A DNA stretch of 64,000 nucleotides from assembly GCA_036172245.1 (NCBI GenBank), contig JAYWIR010000006.1, positions 1,240,001-1,304,000 of the forward strand, written 5' to 3'. Of this stretch, positions 13,210-27,006 are shown one piece after another (position 1 is the first letter of the stretch; every line of letters starts with the position of its first letter). The notes beneath the pieces are model-generated. The model ran no database searches. It was not told where the DNA came from and worked only from the letters and a program-made list of their open reading frames with translations. The stretch is from Raillietiella orientalis. Its lineage: Eukaryota. The position numbers and the translations under genes were made by a program.

Positions 13210-14489
13210 ATCACCCGGATATGCCAGGACATTTATTATTCTGATTTTTTACAAAATTAGATAATTATATAAAAGTCTATCAATGTTGTTTGTCGTGGAG
13301 GAGCACTTGGTTCTCTCACGCTGGCGGACTTGCCGTGAGCCGGTGCTGAGACCGGCAAGGTCCTCTCCCGAGGCGCAGGGGAAGGGGAAACTGAAACAAA
13401 AAGAGAAATAACGGGAAGGGGAATAGTTATATGGGGGAGTGGAGGGCAGGGGGGGGGGATCACTGGGCGCCTGGGTCGGTCCTCTGCATCCTATCCAGGA
13501 TGCTGACAAGTTCTGCTTTGATTCCACGCCTCTCCACCCACGGCAACCCGCAGGGGGGCGTGTAATTCTTCAGGATAGGGGGCACCCCGGGATGGGGGTC
13601 CGCCCTATGAATCCAGGAAGGACTCGGAGTCCGTTCCTCTGACGCTTGGGGAGGGATCCCCCCCGCATGGGGGGGATCGCACCTCCCACCCTGGTTGTCT
13701 CCGAAGGGGAACCCCGAGGGGAATCTCCTTCCTCATTCTCTACGGAGGGGCACCCCCCCCTAATGGGGTGGTGTCCTCTCCATTTCAACTTCTCCGAAGG
13801 GAACCCGAATCCCTTCGCTTGTAGGAATTTCATCTCCGGAGGGGACCCGCAAGGGAACCGCTCCTTTATTCACTCCTCTGAAGACAACCCCCGAAGGGAT
13901 GCTTCCGAAACTCAGAAGGGGCGCTGCAGCTTCCCGCAGGGGGATCGCTCTCGCTTGCTTCCTTGCACTCTTCTGGAGAGGCGACGACTCGGAGGGACCC
14001 CCCAACAGGGGGGTCCGCCCCTTTGAACAACTGGAGAGGTGCCCGTGAGGGCTCCTGCTCCATCTTGAAACCGGAGGCGGTCCCCCGGTGACGGGGGTCC
14101 GCTCTCCTTTGCACACAGGAGGGGGAACTCCCCACTCCTTTATTCCTGGGAGGACCCGAAGGTCGACTCCCATTGTTCCGGCCTTCATCGGGAGGCCGCC
14201 GGCTTAATCCACAGCCGGTGCCACGCCCGAATGTCTCGGCCAACCAGCGCCATCTTGCAGGAGAAACTCGGAACCCGACGACGCAGTGGCGTCAGAGTTT
14301 CTGCCGAAGTATTCGAACTCGCGACGCATGGTGCCAAGTTCTGCTTTGATGCCACCTTGTCGCCGTCTCCAAAGAGATCGTCGTCCAGTGGATGGCGTCC
14401 CTGCATCTTTGGCCTCTTCTTCAGTTCCACCTTTGCACGCAGCAGAGGACTGCTAGAGATGCAGCGGGACTCATATAAAGCTGAGGAGA
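13210..14489. mobile_element. 1.28 kb mostly GC-rich insertion interrupting the IS630 transposase (unclassified, possibly a retroelement fragment)
   Basis: Sharp GC rise at ~13290-14460. Flanked by tttatat (13203-13209) and tttatct (14490-14496). Contains an internal direct repeat caagttctgctttgat (13507-13522 and 14335-14350) and degenerate SEGxP-encoding repeats. Confidence 0.6.
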
Positions 14490-14586
14490 TTTATCTGAGT
14501 GGAGAAAAAGACGTAAGGAAACAGGAGATTTTCAGTCAAGAAAGCCTGGCAGCGTGGGTTATAATCATAAAATTACTGACTGGGAA
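14490..14586 (+). mobile_element. Wolbachia-like IS630 transposase, continuation after the insertion
   Basis: LSEWRKRRKETGDFQSRKPGSVGYNHKITDWE follows directly on ...KTALY from 13209. Confidence 0.75.
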
Positions 14587-15900
14587 GATAATGTATTCTT
14601 CAATCTACTTGAGGAAGCAAATTACGAACAGCAAAGTTTAATGAATTTGGTTCAGCCGAGAGATAATGCTAATAAGATTTTCTCTGGAGCTCCAATCTTT
14701 TTGCTACTGCTCCTTCGTAGCTTTGTTCCATGTTTCTCAAGCGCAAGTACCGTTCCATAAAGAAGGAAAAGCCCCTTTTCTGTCCGTCTCTTTCATTCAT
14801 TTTCGTTTGAGCCCCGTCGCCGAGTAAGTTGACTCATCCACTACTTGAACTGTAGGGGGGCCATCCATGTAACGTAAAATAAAAAAGTCAAATATACAAA
14901 CGAAATTTTATACATTTCACATTTCAGAAATCTTAGGTTTATCTCTTGGTGAAAAATGGAAGCCACAACACATCTCTTGCATGCGTATACTGTGCAATGG
15001 TTGTGATTTGTGTCACCATCTTGAATTTGAAGCGCATCCCTTTGCTTACTCCTAGGGATTCTCTAAGACTGCGGGTGACCACTGGCATAATTTGCATTAA
15101 TCTGCTTGAAATACCAAAGAAGCTGCTAAACGGAGGGTGAACACTGACAATACCTGCTTTTTTCCTTTTTTTGCTTTTTAGAATCTCGTGAACCTGCTGG
15201 GTTGCGCTTTATATTTTCTTCCAGAAAAAAAAAGAAAAAAAAAAGCATACGTCTGTGTTCTATGTAAAGCAAGAGCAGTCAGCTCAGTGGACCGAAGGGT
15301 CCTGGTGTTTTGAGCCCAAGCGATCACCAACACGACAACAAGCCTCCCGAGAATCCTCTCTAGACCTACAGAAATCGATACCTACGCCTGTTGACGGTGA
15401 TGATGACCCCCATCCAGAGTTCAGCCAACGGTCCCCGGGAACTGCGTGTTGTCGTAGTTGACAACGAGCAACAGTTCCCGTGTTGACATTTGCTTCACAG
15501 CCAAAATGCAAGCCCACATTTCGGGTGTGACTTTCTTCGTCCGTTAATGAAACAATCCGCAACCGCTTCGAATTGAATTCGTTATTTTGTTTTTTGCCTT
15601 TTTGGCTGCGGTGATGGCTTTCGCATTCACGAATTTCGGACATTACGAGTTTGAGCGGAGGGCTGCTGAATTGAAAGACGCAGGCAAAATCGGTAAGGTT
15701 CACATCGGTAAGGACCCACGCGGCACATCCTCCACCTGATTTTTGATGATGCGAATTCCGAATGAATTGAGCACAATGGGGAGCTGCTGGATCCCCAGTG
15801 GGTCGCGGCACCTTCTTGTGGTCTGATTGGCGCCAAAAGAAATGGGAAACGAGGGTGCGCCTCCACCAAACCGCACAGAAACCGAAACGAAATGGGTTGC

Positions 15901-16240
15901 TGAAAAAACAGCGCGTTCCAATTAGGTTGCAAGTACCGTACACGATGTGCATTACGTACACTTCAGAATCGCAACTACGCTGGGTCTCACCCGTTGATCC
16001 TTTCTCCACATGAGGATCTTCGATCACGCTACCCACTTCACAGTAGGTGATGATGACAGTTTTCCGTTATTCCGTTTCAACCTGGATTTTTCTGCCACTC
16101 AGCGGTACATAGAACTGAACTGAGCACGCTTCATCGAAACACGAACAGTACACGGAATCCATCTAGCTGCGATTCCGAAACGTACGCAATGTACATCGTG
16201 TACGGTACTTGTATAATAATTGGAACGTGCCGTTTTTTCA
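15901..16240. repeat. MITE/foldback-like element: ~84-bp imperfect inverted arms around a ~175-bp spacer
   Basis: The arm at 15901-15984 (tgaaaaaacagcgcgttccaatta..aagtaccgtacacgatgt..) is the near reverse complement of 16159-16240 (..acatcgtgtacggtacttg..taattggaacgtgccgttttttca). Confidence 0.8.
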
Positions 16241-17140
16241 TGTGCATTTTACTCGGTGGAAGATCATCTTGAAATACACTCGGGTGTTCCGGAGACGCCG
16301 ACTTGAAAGAACCTTGCCGATGGAATATGCTACGATTCCATTACTTTTCTAAAGTTGCAAGTTCTTGAAGCCGGGGAAAACTCTGTGCTTCCTCTGTGCT
16401 GAAAGTAGCAGCCCCTTGCCGGTGACCCTCTTAGAGAACCTCTTCCCATGGTCAGCCAGTGGTAATTGGGCATTTTGATGGAGGTCGTTACAGACTAACA
16501 TCTTTGTACATGGGTTTTCTCAAAAATTGATGGAATTCTGGAATTTCTCATTTCTGGAATTTGATTTTCACAGCTCATGCTTCATTATCGAGGGGCACCG
16601 ATGAGTAATGTGCCCAAAAACGAAATTCAGGAATATAGTCCAAACTTTTTTATCCTTCCTCCTTATTATGGCATCTCATGTTTCATAACACAGAAGACAA
16701 AAATGCCGTAAATGCAATAATCTACGCAATTATATAGCATGAAACGTCTCGATGTCGTCAGAAACTCTGGTCAAACTGCACAGCATTGACAGTTTCAGAT
16801 CACAGTCTCATGTCATGTGCAAGTGCTTATAAGTTGTCACATTAATGCTTGTGTCTTGATGACATCAAGACTTACCAACAGATTCGAGCTTTTGGGAATT
16901 TATACCCATCCATACTCATACATCAAATAACAAGAGATTTGTAGCAATGAGCTCTGCAGTTCACATTCAAGCCTATAATAATATAACCCATTAAAAAAAT
17001 AAGCTCTATTTGACTGTGAAAACAATTTTTTGCATTCAACTTTTAAACTGGCTTTTTCTGTGTGTAATTCAGTGTGCAAACATGGAAATGAAAAGCAAAT
17101 GCTAATAATTCAGCACCTGATTTTCATTGCACTGTTTCAT

Positions 17141-18882
17141 TCATTTAGAGTTTGCAGCAAAAGCAGGAATTCCGGTAATAGCCCGTCCCAAAATCAAGGC
17201 ATGGATATCATGGGTTCCTAAAAACAAATCAATCATTTTCACTTTAAAAGGACCAACCTTCATAAGTGTTGACTCCTTCTAAATTAAGCACATGACGAAT
17301 GACATGATATTCATCACAAATACCATTTCCTCCTAACATATCTCGAGCTTCACGAGCAATATGTAATGCCTTTCCACAAGAATTGCGCTTTATCATGGAA
17401 ATGTGTTCTGGCAATGCCCTGAACATTATATAAGATAACATCTACAGTTTTGCTTCTTTCCTTACCGACCCTCATCCTTAAGTCTGCCGATGCGTAAACA
17501 TGTTTGTAATCCCAAAGAAATCTCTGTCAGCATATCTGCTAATTTCTTCTGAATAAGCTGGTTGCATGCTAAAGAACGTCCAAACTGAAAACGATCAAGC
17601 ACATACTGTCGAGCAGTGTGTAAACAGAATTCAGCAGCACCAAGAGCACCCCAGGCTATACCATATCGTGCATTATTTAAGCAACTGAAAGGACCCTTAA
17701 AAATTTATTGAAGCCATTCACGTTAACCAGGACAACCTTCAGTCCTGAAACATTGGGTAGGCAGTTGTCTTCTGGAACTTCCACCCCATCCATCAGTATC
17801 ATGCCTGTAGAAGAAGCTCGCAAGGAAAACTTGCCTTCGATTTTTGGGGCACTTAAACCTTCCATACTCTTTTCTAGCAGGAACCCTCGAATTTTCTCAT
17901 CCTCACATTTGGCCCAAACGACAAAAATATCTGCGATTGGTGAATTTGTAATCCTAGAAAAACAATAAGGAAACAATAAGGAAATAAATGTGCATTAAGA
18001 TATATACCAAGTTTTGCTTCCATGGATTACATAAACTTTACTTGAAGGTTCATAAGAAGCACGAGTTATCATGCCTCCTGGATCACTGCCAAAATTTGGT
18101 TCAGTCAAACCAAAACAACCAACTAACTCACCCTTTGCTAACAACATACATCAACTTTATGAATATCTGAAAGTTCAACATATTTTACCAAGTTTGGGAA
18201 GGTATCTTTGTTTTTGCTGTGATGTTCCATACTGCCATATAGGGAACATCACCAGAGAACTTTGAACACTCATTGCTGATCTGTATCCACTATCAACTCT
18301 TTCAACTTCTCTTGCCATTAAACCATATGCAACGTTGGATACACCTGCACATCCATAATCCGGAAGGGTGCATCCGAGCATACCACATTCTCCCATTTCA
18401 TACATGATGTCTCTATCGAACACTGCGATAATAAATCCAAAATTACTATTTGGGAATTATAAACGTCACGTTCAAATTTGCAACTATGATAAGTAAATGG
18501 CATTCCAAATAACGGAAATTTTCACAACCACAAACTAAAATCCTCATACCTTCATTCCTGAACGCATTCAGGACACGTGTCATAAGTTTCTCTTGGCAGT
18601 AATCATGAACTGTGTTCTGGATTAATCGTTCTTCGTCGGTGAGCTGGCTGTCCAAATCGAAAGCATCCTCCCACTGGAAGGCTAAAAGGTAACAACACCG
18701 TTTCAAACCTATCAGCCGATCGACTGGCCGTACAAAGGGATGAAGCCATGCAAAGCGTTTCAATGCGCTAAGGTTCAAGAGATGCAGATGATGATCAAGT
18801 TACCTTTCGTGCTCAAGAATCTCCCGGAGCTACGAGCTGCCACTGTCCACGATCGTCCCCCTTTGAGAAATCGTCTGATCAT
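17141..18882 (-). CDS. GCDH: Glutaryl-CoA dehydrogenase, mitochondrial (~419 aa, 8 exons)
   Basis: Exons 18882-18804, 18681-18550, 18422-18189, 18137-18008, 17953-17737, 17695-17466, 17418-17258 and 17217-17141 sum to 1260 nt. Motifs include [46 protein letters not shown] and [37 protein letters not shown]. The N-terminus is an Arg-rich transit peptide. Confidence 0.96.
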
Positions 18883-21800
18883 TTTGCCTGCAAGGGACAC
18901 GCGTCCACCGATCGACGGGCGCACGGGACGAGGTGCCACCTCCAGACTGGAGATCCTCCCGGCGGTTCGCCCCAGCATCCGTACCGGGATGACACGGCTG
19001 CCGGACGGGACGGAGGAAAAGCTTCCGTGGTTTGACGAATAATGCAAAATCCCCCGCAGAACTGAAGCGGCGCCCGGAAAACGCGGAAAACGAAGCTGCA
19101 CGAAATTTCCAGAACTCCTGCCGGCTGCCGTGCAGGGCCTTCGCGACGGCTCGTGGAGAAGCGCCTCTCTCCGCGAGTGTACACACACCGCAGTGCTGTA
19201 CAAACCGGGAAAGGTACAAATGCAAGCACGCAGTAAATACGGTAACACGAAGGGAACTCGAAACGCCGCTGATGGAGTCGCACGGATGGAATCTGGAATT
19301 CCCGGTTTCTTGAAGGCTTCCGTTTACGAGTTACAGCAAGCTGGTAATTGCTGAGCACTTGCTCTTCTTTTTCAAGCTTGATGGAAAAAATTCGACAGAG
19401 AGCATTTTTCTTCCCTTCCCCTAGCAAAGCCGCGGGAGTGAAACAGCGTTTGGACGTTCTCGAAAATATGAAAATGCTAATTAGTGATTGCTAATTTCTA
19501 TATCCAGATTCGCTGAATGAGTGAAAAAATGGGATAGAAAACGATAAATAGTGTACTTAGAGAGATGACTATGAACTAAAACAAGCAATAGATCACTTGA
19601 TGAACTAGCATTCATGAGAAATCGAAGGGAAGACGGGGGAATCATCAGAAAGGCTCTGCTCGAAACGAAAGCACACGTTTCGAAAGTAAAAGTTTTTTTT
19701 TTTTTTTCCATGGATAAAAACAAACTACCGTTCATCATGTGAGAACACTCAACTAGAAATAAGATATGCATTTTGAGGTTTCCTGAGTTGGGGAAAAGTC
19801 AGTTTGATGTTTCCGTGTACATGCAGATTGGCATGTCTTGGACTTCAGTCGAGAAGCATCAAAATGCTTCAGGTTAATCTCGAAAGTGCTTCGTTAATTA
19901 TCAGTACAAAATATATTCCCGGAAAACGATACTGAATTCTTTTCAAAAGGTTTTCTTTTAAAAAAAACGGAGTACTCAAAGTTTAATTCGTTCAAGACAA
20001 GAGTGCTGTGCCCTATTGAAAATATTGAAAAGTGTCCTCTCTCTTTAAACTGAGAACTTCGTATCGAGCCGAAGCTGACTATACCTTTAAAGTAATTGAA
20101 GGTAATCCACTAGCAAAATATCAGCAAAATAAACTGAATAACAAAAGGAATCGAAAATAAACTAGAAACTTATGCGTTGCTGAGTTTATTAGAGTAACTT
20201 TACACATCTATGAAGGCACCCTTATTAATACTAGAAAAAAGAAAAAAAATCCTTTCTTTAGGTTAGAAAGTTAATTCCAAAATAGAGGGCATTCGAAAAC
20301 TTATGCCATCTCTCATCGTCAAAGACAAATAGCGTTACAATAGAATGGTTTTAAAAAGAAATGCTGTTTTTTTTTCCTAAAATGTTTTGAAGTATCAATT
20401 ATATAAAATCCAGTCCATTTATTCATCAAACAATTAGTAATTGATGGATTTGAGCAATGAGTCCTGGGCACGAATGCTTTCATGTGCTTGTGCGGTAAAA
20501 AGTGGTGGGGGACGTGGTGTCAGCATTTAATGGGATGTTCAGTTTCCAGGCATTTTATCCCAATCAGGCATCGAGAAATAATAAGCTGAAAATGACATTT
20601 AGTGTAAGGGGCGATCTTTAGATCTATTACGTCCAAAAATTTCTGGGGTGAAGTTTATTTCAGAGATCAAAATGAATCCGAGCATTGGAAGCCAAGCTAG
20701 AGAGAGAGCCTGAAGCAACGCTGGGAAACGAAATGCGCTCGACTATTTTCCTGGCTTGAAAAAGCCACATGAAAGAGATGAATAAGAGCAAGCAATAGAT
20801 GACTTCATTAGTTGAGGAATCCTTCACAACCCATATCCCTTAAGACTCGGTGTTAATTTTTTTAATGAAATTCCACGTTACTTTTAAACCCTCATAGGTT
20901 ATTTACAAATTTCGTGGTTCCAGCGTGTGACACTTGATTCCCTTTTTTGACGTCCTAATCGACGTTGGTCAAGCGGGATTTTGCTTCGTTACTTTCGCTT
21001 CAAACAGATCGTCTGTCGGAAAAAAAAAAAAAAGGTGGTGAAAATTATTAACAGGGTTGCAGTCAGTTGCGCACGTTGTAAACACAACGAGCTCAACTCA
21101 CTCGACACGAAAATTCGAAAATTCCCGCAACGTCAACTCTTTAGGAGCACGATTCGCGGTTTTTCGAGTGGAAACTCTGCAAGGGTTCCGCCATTTGCAG
21201 CAGTTCTACTCGGCTCGAGCTGCCGGCAATCAGTGCTGCCAGCACGCGGCGTGAAAATCCAATGCGAATTCCTTCAGGTGACAGCGGCGGGAAAGGCCGG
21301 TTTGAAGCCATGCCCGTGGGGAGAAGGATGCTCCCGATTTTACCTGCATGGCAGCTCATACCCCAGAAATTGTGTGGCATGAAGTGCTTTGTGCAATTGC
21401 CTTCGCTGAATGCTTGCACGAACAAATGGAATCGGGGCGCTTTAATCCTTATGCAGTGATCCGAGGACACAATGACAAAGCCGAAACCCTTGGCACATCA
21501 AATTTTGAAGTTTTACATCGCAAAACACGCAATGTATTTACGTTCTGTGAATTCATTTTATAAATTTGTTTATGAAGCGCGTTTTGGTAATGGGTATTCA
21601 CGTTATCACACAGTTTGTGCACAAAATCACACAAATGCCGTAAATTTTCCTATGAAAAACGATTTTTCGTTCCAATTTTACTATATGTACAGCCAAGGCG
21701 TGTACGAACTGTTTCGGTAAACCTTTTCAGTGACAGTTGTAAGGTGATGTCTTTTGCATATGTACCTAGGAACCCATCTTAATGAGGAAGGCCATGCATT

Positions 21801-22302
21801 CTTTCCGGGATTAAGATAAAAAATGCTTCATTTAAATTTGAAACATCAAGTCAATCCGCGGACTCAACAGTTCGGTCCAAGCAGTCAGATGGTGGACTGA
21901 GATGGACTTTTTTCCATCCTTCTAGAAGATCCCAAATAATGAAAGAAGACACAAATCAAGAACTGAAGTGACTTTGCTACTGTTGCGAAAACATGCTTTT
22001 CCTTACTTTCAGTTTTTTAATTCAGGAAAGATTTTTTTTTTTTTTCTTCTAGTTAATAGTCAAGCAATTTTACATTATGTTGTGTACTAGGAAACTGATT
22101 TTGGAATCACAAAAAACACTGAGGACAAGCAAGAAAAAAGATTTGGGACAAGGAGGTAAATCCATTGAAATAAGCAGCCCCTTTGGTTATGCAAAAAAAA
22201 AAAAAAACTCAGTACAATTCACAAGTATATGTTTATGCTTCCACTTGCACAAACCAACTTCAGCATTTAATCAAAAATGAAATCTCAATAGACCTGAGTG
22301 AG

Positions 22303-23376
<1,074 letters not shown>

Positions 23377-25190
23377 CTATGTATCATAAATTCTAACGGA
23401 AAGAATAAACTGAAATACAGTGACTTTCAAACTGTCTCTTCACCGACCAAAACTTCAATTTTTTCATCAATTTTTCCAAGTATATTTAAACTTTTTTGTT
23501 GGCATTGCATAAACAGTAACCATGAGAAAATGGTCAAATGAAAGTTAAAGTTTGTTTTTAAATGAATCATACAAAAACATAAGGCAATGACTTAAACGGA
23601 TGGTTAAGGCCACAATTACACATTCCGCATTCATAAGCAGTTCAAATTGAGAATTTGCTCATCACGTCTACACTGTGTGTTTCAAAAATTAATGCTTCGT
23701 TAGACTGTTTGCAGCCTGAAAAATTAAAGTACGCTTTCAGCCTGCATACAAAACATACGTGTCTTCCTGGCAACAGCACGATTCGTTTTTGGCGACCATA
23801 GCGACCTCGCCAAAATCGCTTTCATTGCTGCAATTTAAAAACACACGATAAACTGAAGTTCAGTTCTTAAAGAAAGAGTGTTATAAACTAAACAAATTTA
23901 AGAGTGCAGGCCAACTTACAAATACACGTTCAAAGCCCACATAGACAAACTAAATGGAAATCTGCTCCAGAATACCAAGGTTTTTTTAAAAAAATATTAG
24001 AAATAATTTATAAGCAATAATACAAAATATGACTATCCATAGAAATCACAAATATGACTTCTCATGGCGATGAAAGTTATGTAATAATGTGACTAAACAT
24101 TTGCAACAAACGGAAAAAGAAAATCCCTGTACTGGTTCCACAGATGAAATTCTCCAGTGATGACTTCTGGTTTCAAATTTGCTCAAATAAACATTTCATG
24201 AAAAGCATGAAAGAAATTATTTTAATGTGCTTATTTTGCAATAAATGAATTGTATATATCAGTACCAACATTTTAAGGAACAAAACTTCAATTTTATTAA
24301 TTGGAAGCAGCTTTGTCTCGCATATCAGTACCGAATATACCTACTAACTCTATTTTTTTTAGAAATTTTTATCAAGCACTTACAATGCTCTAAACTCTGA
24401 TGCCCAGATTCTTTACATAGTACTTTGAAGATTCGAATGTTTGCTATTTTCCCCTTTCTCCATGTTAATCGTGAACTCTTCTAACTGAGATTATTAAGGA
24501 CAATACAAATCGAAAAGGGAAAGTACCCCATTCACAAAGACATGGATTCAGTTAAGAAAAAACCATTCTTATTGTAAAAATACAAATGGTACGTATCACT
24601 TCAACCGAGAAATGTTCGAAGTTCTTTTATAATTTCATTATCCGGCATCAGGAAGCTGTCTTAAAAAATTGCTGTCGTAATGGTAACTGTATTTCCCAAC
24701 TTCGGTAGGTGTCCTCATAGCACAGACGTAGTTCCATTAGAATAATACAGATCAACTTTGTTTGGAATTCCAGCGTTGTCCAGACATTGCTGCTAGGGGT
24801 CATTAATCGACACTGCAATTTGATAAAATTCTAAAATACGTGTTATAATATAAATAGAATGCAATCAAGGATTGTTGATTCCAATTCGTATGTAGAGTTT
24901 TGCAGTTAGCTAGCAGATTGCTAAGTGTGAGTAACTTTCCATTAATGTTTTACTAAAAGCACACATAACAAAAATCAGTTAACATCACAGGATTGATTCA
25001 TATACATCGCATATGATTAATCGCTATTTTCAATTAGGAATCATTATGCCGTTTGCGATTTCTCTCTCTATGAAAACGTACGGTTTGTGAGGATACGCAT
25101 CTTAATGTAAGTCACAAAACAGTGTAGTACTTTTTGTGCATGCTTTTTAAAAATACCTTTAGGAAGCTGTAAGGAAGTCAACCTTGTGTG

Positions 25191-25655
25191 CCTTTCCTGT
25201 CTGAATGGGAGTGCAAAAATCATTGGAATTCAAATGATATTTCAAATGAATATAGTTTCAATTTTGAGAAATATCGAATCTTTTTGGAATATCAAAGAAA
25301 GCTTTAGAGATACCTTTATTCATCTCGCTTTGAACAATTCGACTTGACAAGGAAAGTGGCTATGAGTACTACGTGTGAAGCTAGAAAACATTATTTCGCA
25401 TAATGTGTAAAAGTTCTGTTAGCACATTCACCTGAACTATGAAGAAACATAGCTTTTGTTATTAATAGGAATATGCTAGAAGAGAGAAACCCTGTGCTAG
25501 ATAGCCTGCCTTTTTTGTTTGCTGACTTCGAAAAAAAGATCAGTATCGTGCTATTGCTAAATACAAAGTTCATATTCAAGAGAAATGGAATGGCATTTTT
25601 CTCATCTGCGTCATTATCTGATGACATATCAGAGATGAATAAAGTGTATTTATGA
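25191..25655 (+). pseudogene. Decayed AT-rich intronless reading frame, candidate viral (L-protein-like) fragment
   Basis: One frame reads ~150 codons with only 3 internal stops (PFLSEWECKNHW..EKYRIFLEYQRKL*RYLYSSRF..*CVKVLLAHSPEL*RNIAFVINRNMLEERNPVLDSLPFLF). No splice structure. Family not established. Confidence 0.3.
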
Positions 25656-25984
25656 ATGACTAATTTGCTTGGTTGAGAGTTGCCACCAATATAATACTCA
25701 TTTTCTAACCTTTGCACCTGATCAAGTGCAGATAAGCGTATCTCTATGTTGCATTAAAATTCTGAATACCTAATTCAGTTACTTTTATAACATTATTATT
25801 TACGTTTTAATACTGCTGCAAACTTTCAAACCATTATGAACTGCTTATGAATTGTGCTTACTACTGTAACGATCCAAACATAATTTCTAAAAGTTGATAA
25901 TCCTAATCTAGATTTCCTAGTTGAATCCATGTGATTATTTGTATTTTGTAGATCTTGAATTTTGCTGATTTCAACCACTCTACT

Positions 25985-26280
25985 GAATGCTTGTATCAAG
26001 ATTTATCCTATACATTCTTTGCATGCTGTACATTAATGTATTCTTTATATGTCTAAAGAATGCTTAGCTTGTCTTCACTTCCTGTACTTCCACACTTTTC
26101 TCGCTAATGTATGGAAAACCATGGAGAAACTTTTCCTTATCTTTATATTTGTCATAATTTTCAATTTTGGACATTTCAAGTAGATGAATTTTAATCTGGC
26201 TTTCCATTCCCAAGAAGAATTTTCGAAGAATTTCACTAGCTTTTAAAGGGGCTTTTGTATTTATTTATAAACGATATGGT
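25985..26280 (-). pseudogene. Candidate endogenous viral element: bunyavirus-like L protein C-terminal region
   Basis: HIVYKINTKAPLKASEILRKFFLG..KFLHGFPYISEKSVE..*AFFRHIKNTLMYSMQRMYRINLDT. The pattern resembles recalled phenuivirus L (KWFG ... PWL ... HIQIRNFF..R). Confidence 0.4.
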
Positions 26281-27006
26281 TTTCCATGTTTGCATGAAGG
26301 TAGTAAACTTTCCTTTACCCAAGGACTGAATTGAGGGCTCACTGAAGAGGGGTAGGCACGTTGATCAAATACTATGTTTAGTCGAAATGTTGTCCTCCAA
26401 TCTCACGATGCTAAGGATCGACAGTCGGACTTTGTTTTTTTGCGATTAGTGTAAATATGTATAAATCAAAGAGACATATTAAGTAACCCAATAATCACTA
26501 CACCAGAAAAACAAAAAAAATTGAAAGCACAGTCTGTAAATAAGGATACTGTCGTTCCAGTCGTCGTCTTGTGTTCGTTCAAACAGGATGATTTGCAGGA
26601 TACGCTCTGTGATGTTGTGTGATGAGGTATTGCTTTCAAAAAATGTTATTTGCAACGTCTGTTCATTTTTTTCAGATGCTGCGCTCGTTTCCTTGGTTGC
26701 AGCATCGATAGCAACTCGTTTCCATCGAACTGAAGAATACGTATGCTTTGTAGTGCAATAGCCGCTTTCGATGGAAACCAACATATTTAAATTAGGGAAC
26801 AAAAGCCTGCCTCTTACGTGGATTAAAATTTTTGTAGGTCAAGGTACTTTGCTTACCATTAGTTTAAATCTCCAATTGTTTTACATTCCTCAAGACGTTG
26901 GATAATTCGGTTTTTCATAACATAGTCAGGAATGAACAATTTTATTGCTTCAATACACATAGTTGATATCACATTTATTTTAATTCTGGGTACAAAGGTT
27001 GAGTTT

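Noticed and set aside
14587..14690. In-frame continuation DNVFFNLLEEANYEQQSLMNLVQPRDNANKIFSG after the IS630 fragment
   Set aside because: It may be another bacterial fragment, but I cannot recognise it and it does not match the expected transposase continuation.
15284..16036. 250-aa minus-strand ORF
   Set aside because: No domain similarity, a non-ATG start, and it runs through the inverted-repeat element. Likely spurious.
18775..19427. Stacked ORFs upstream of GCDH
   Set aside because: This is a GC/CpG-rich promoter and 5' region. Only 18882-18804 fits as the coding first exon.
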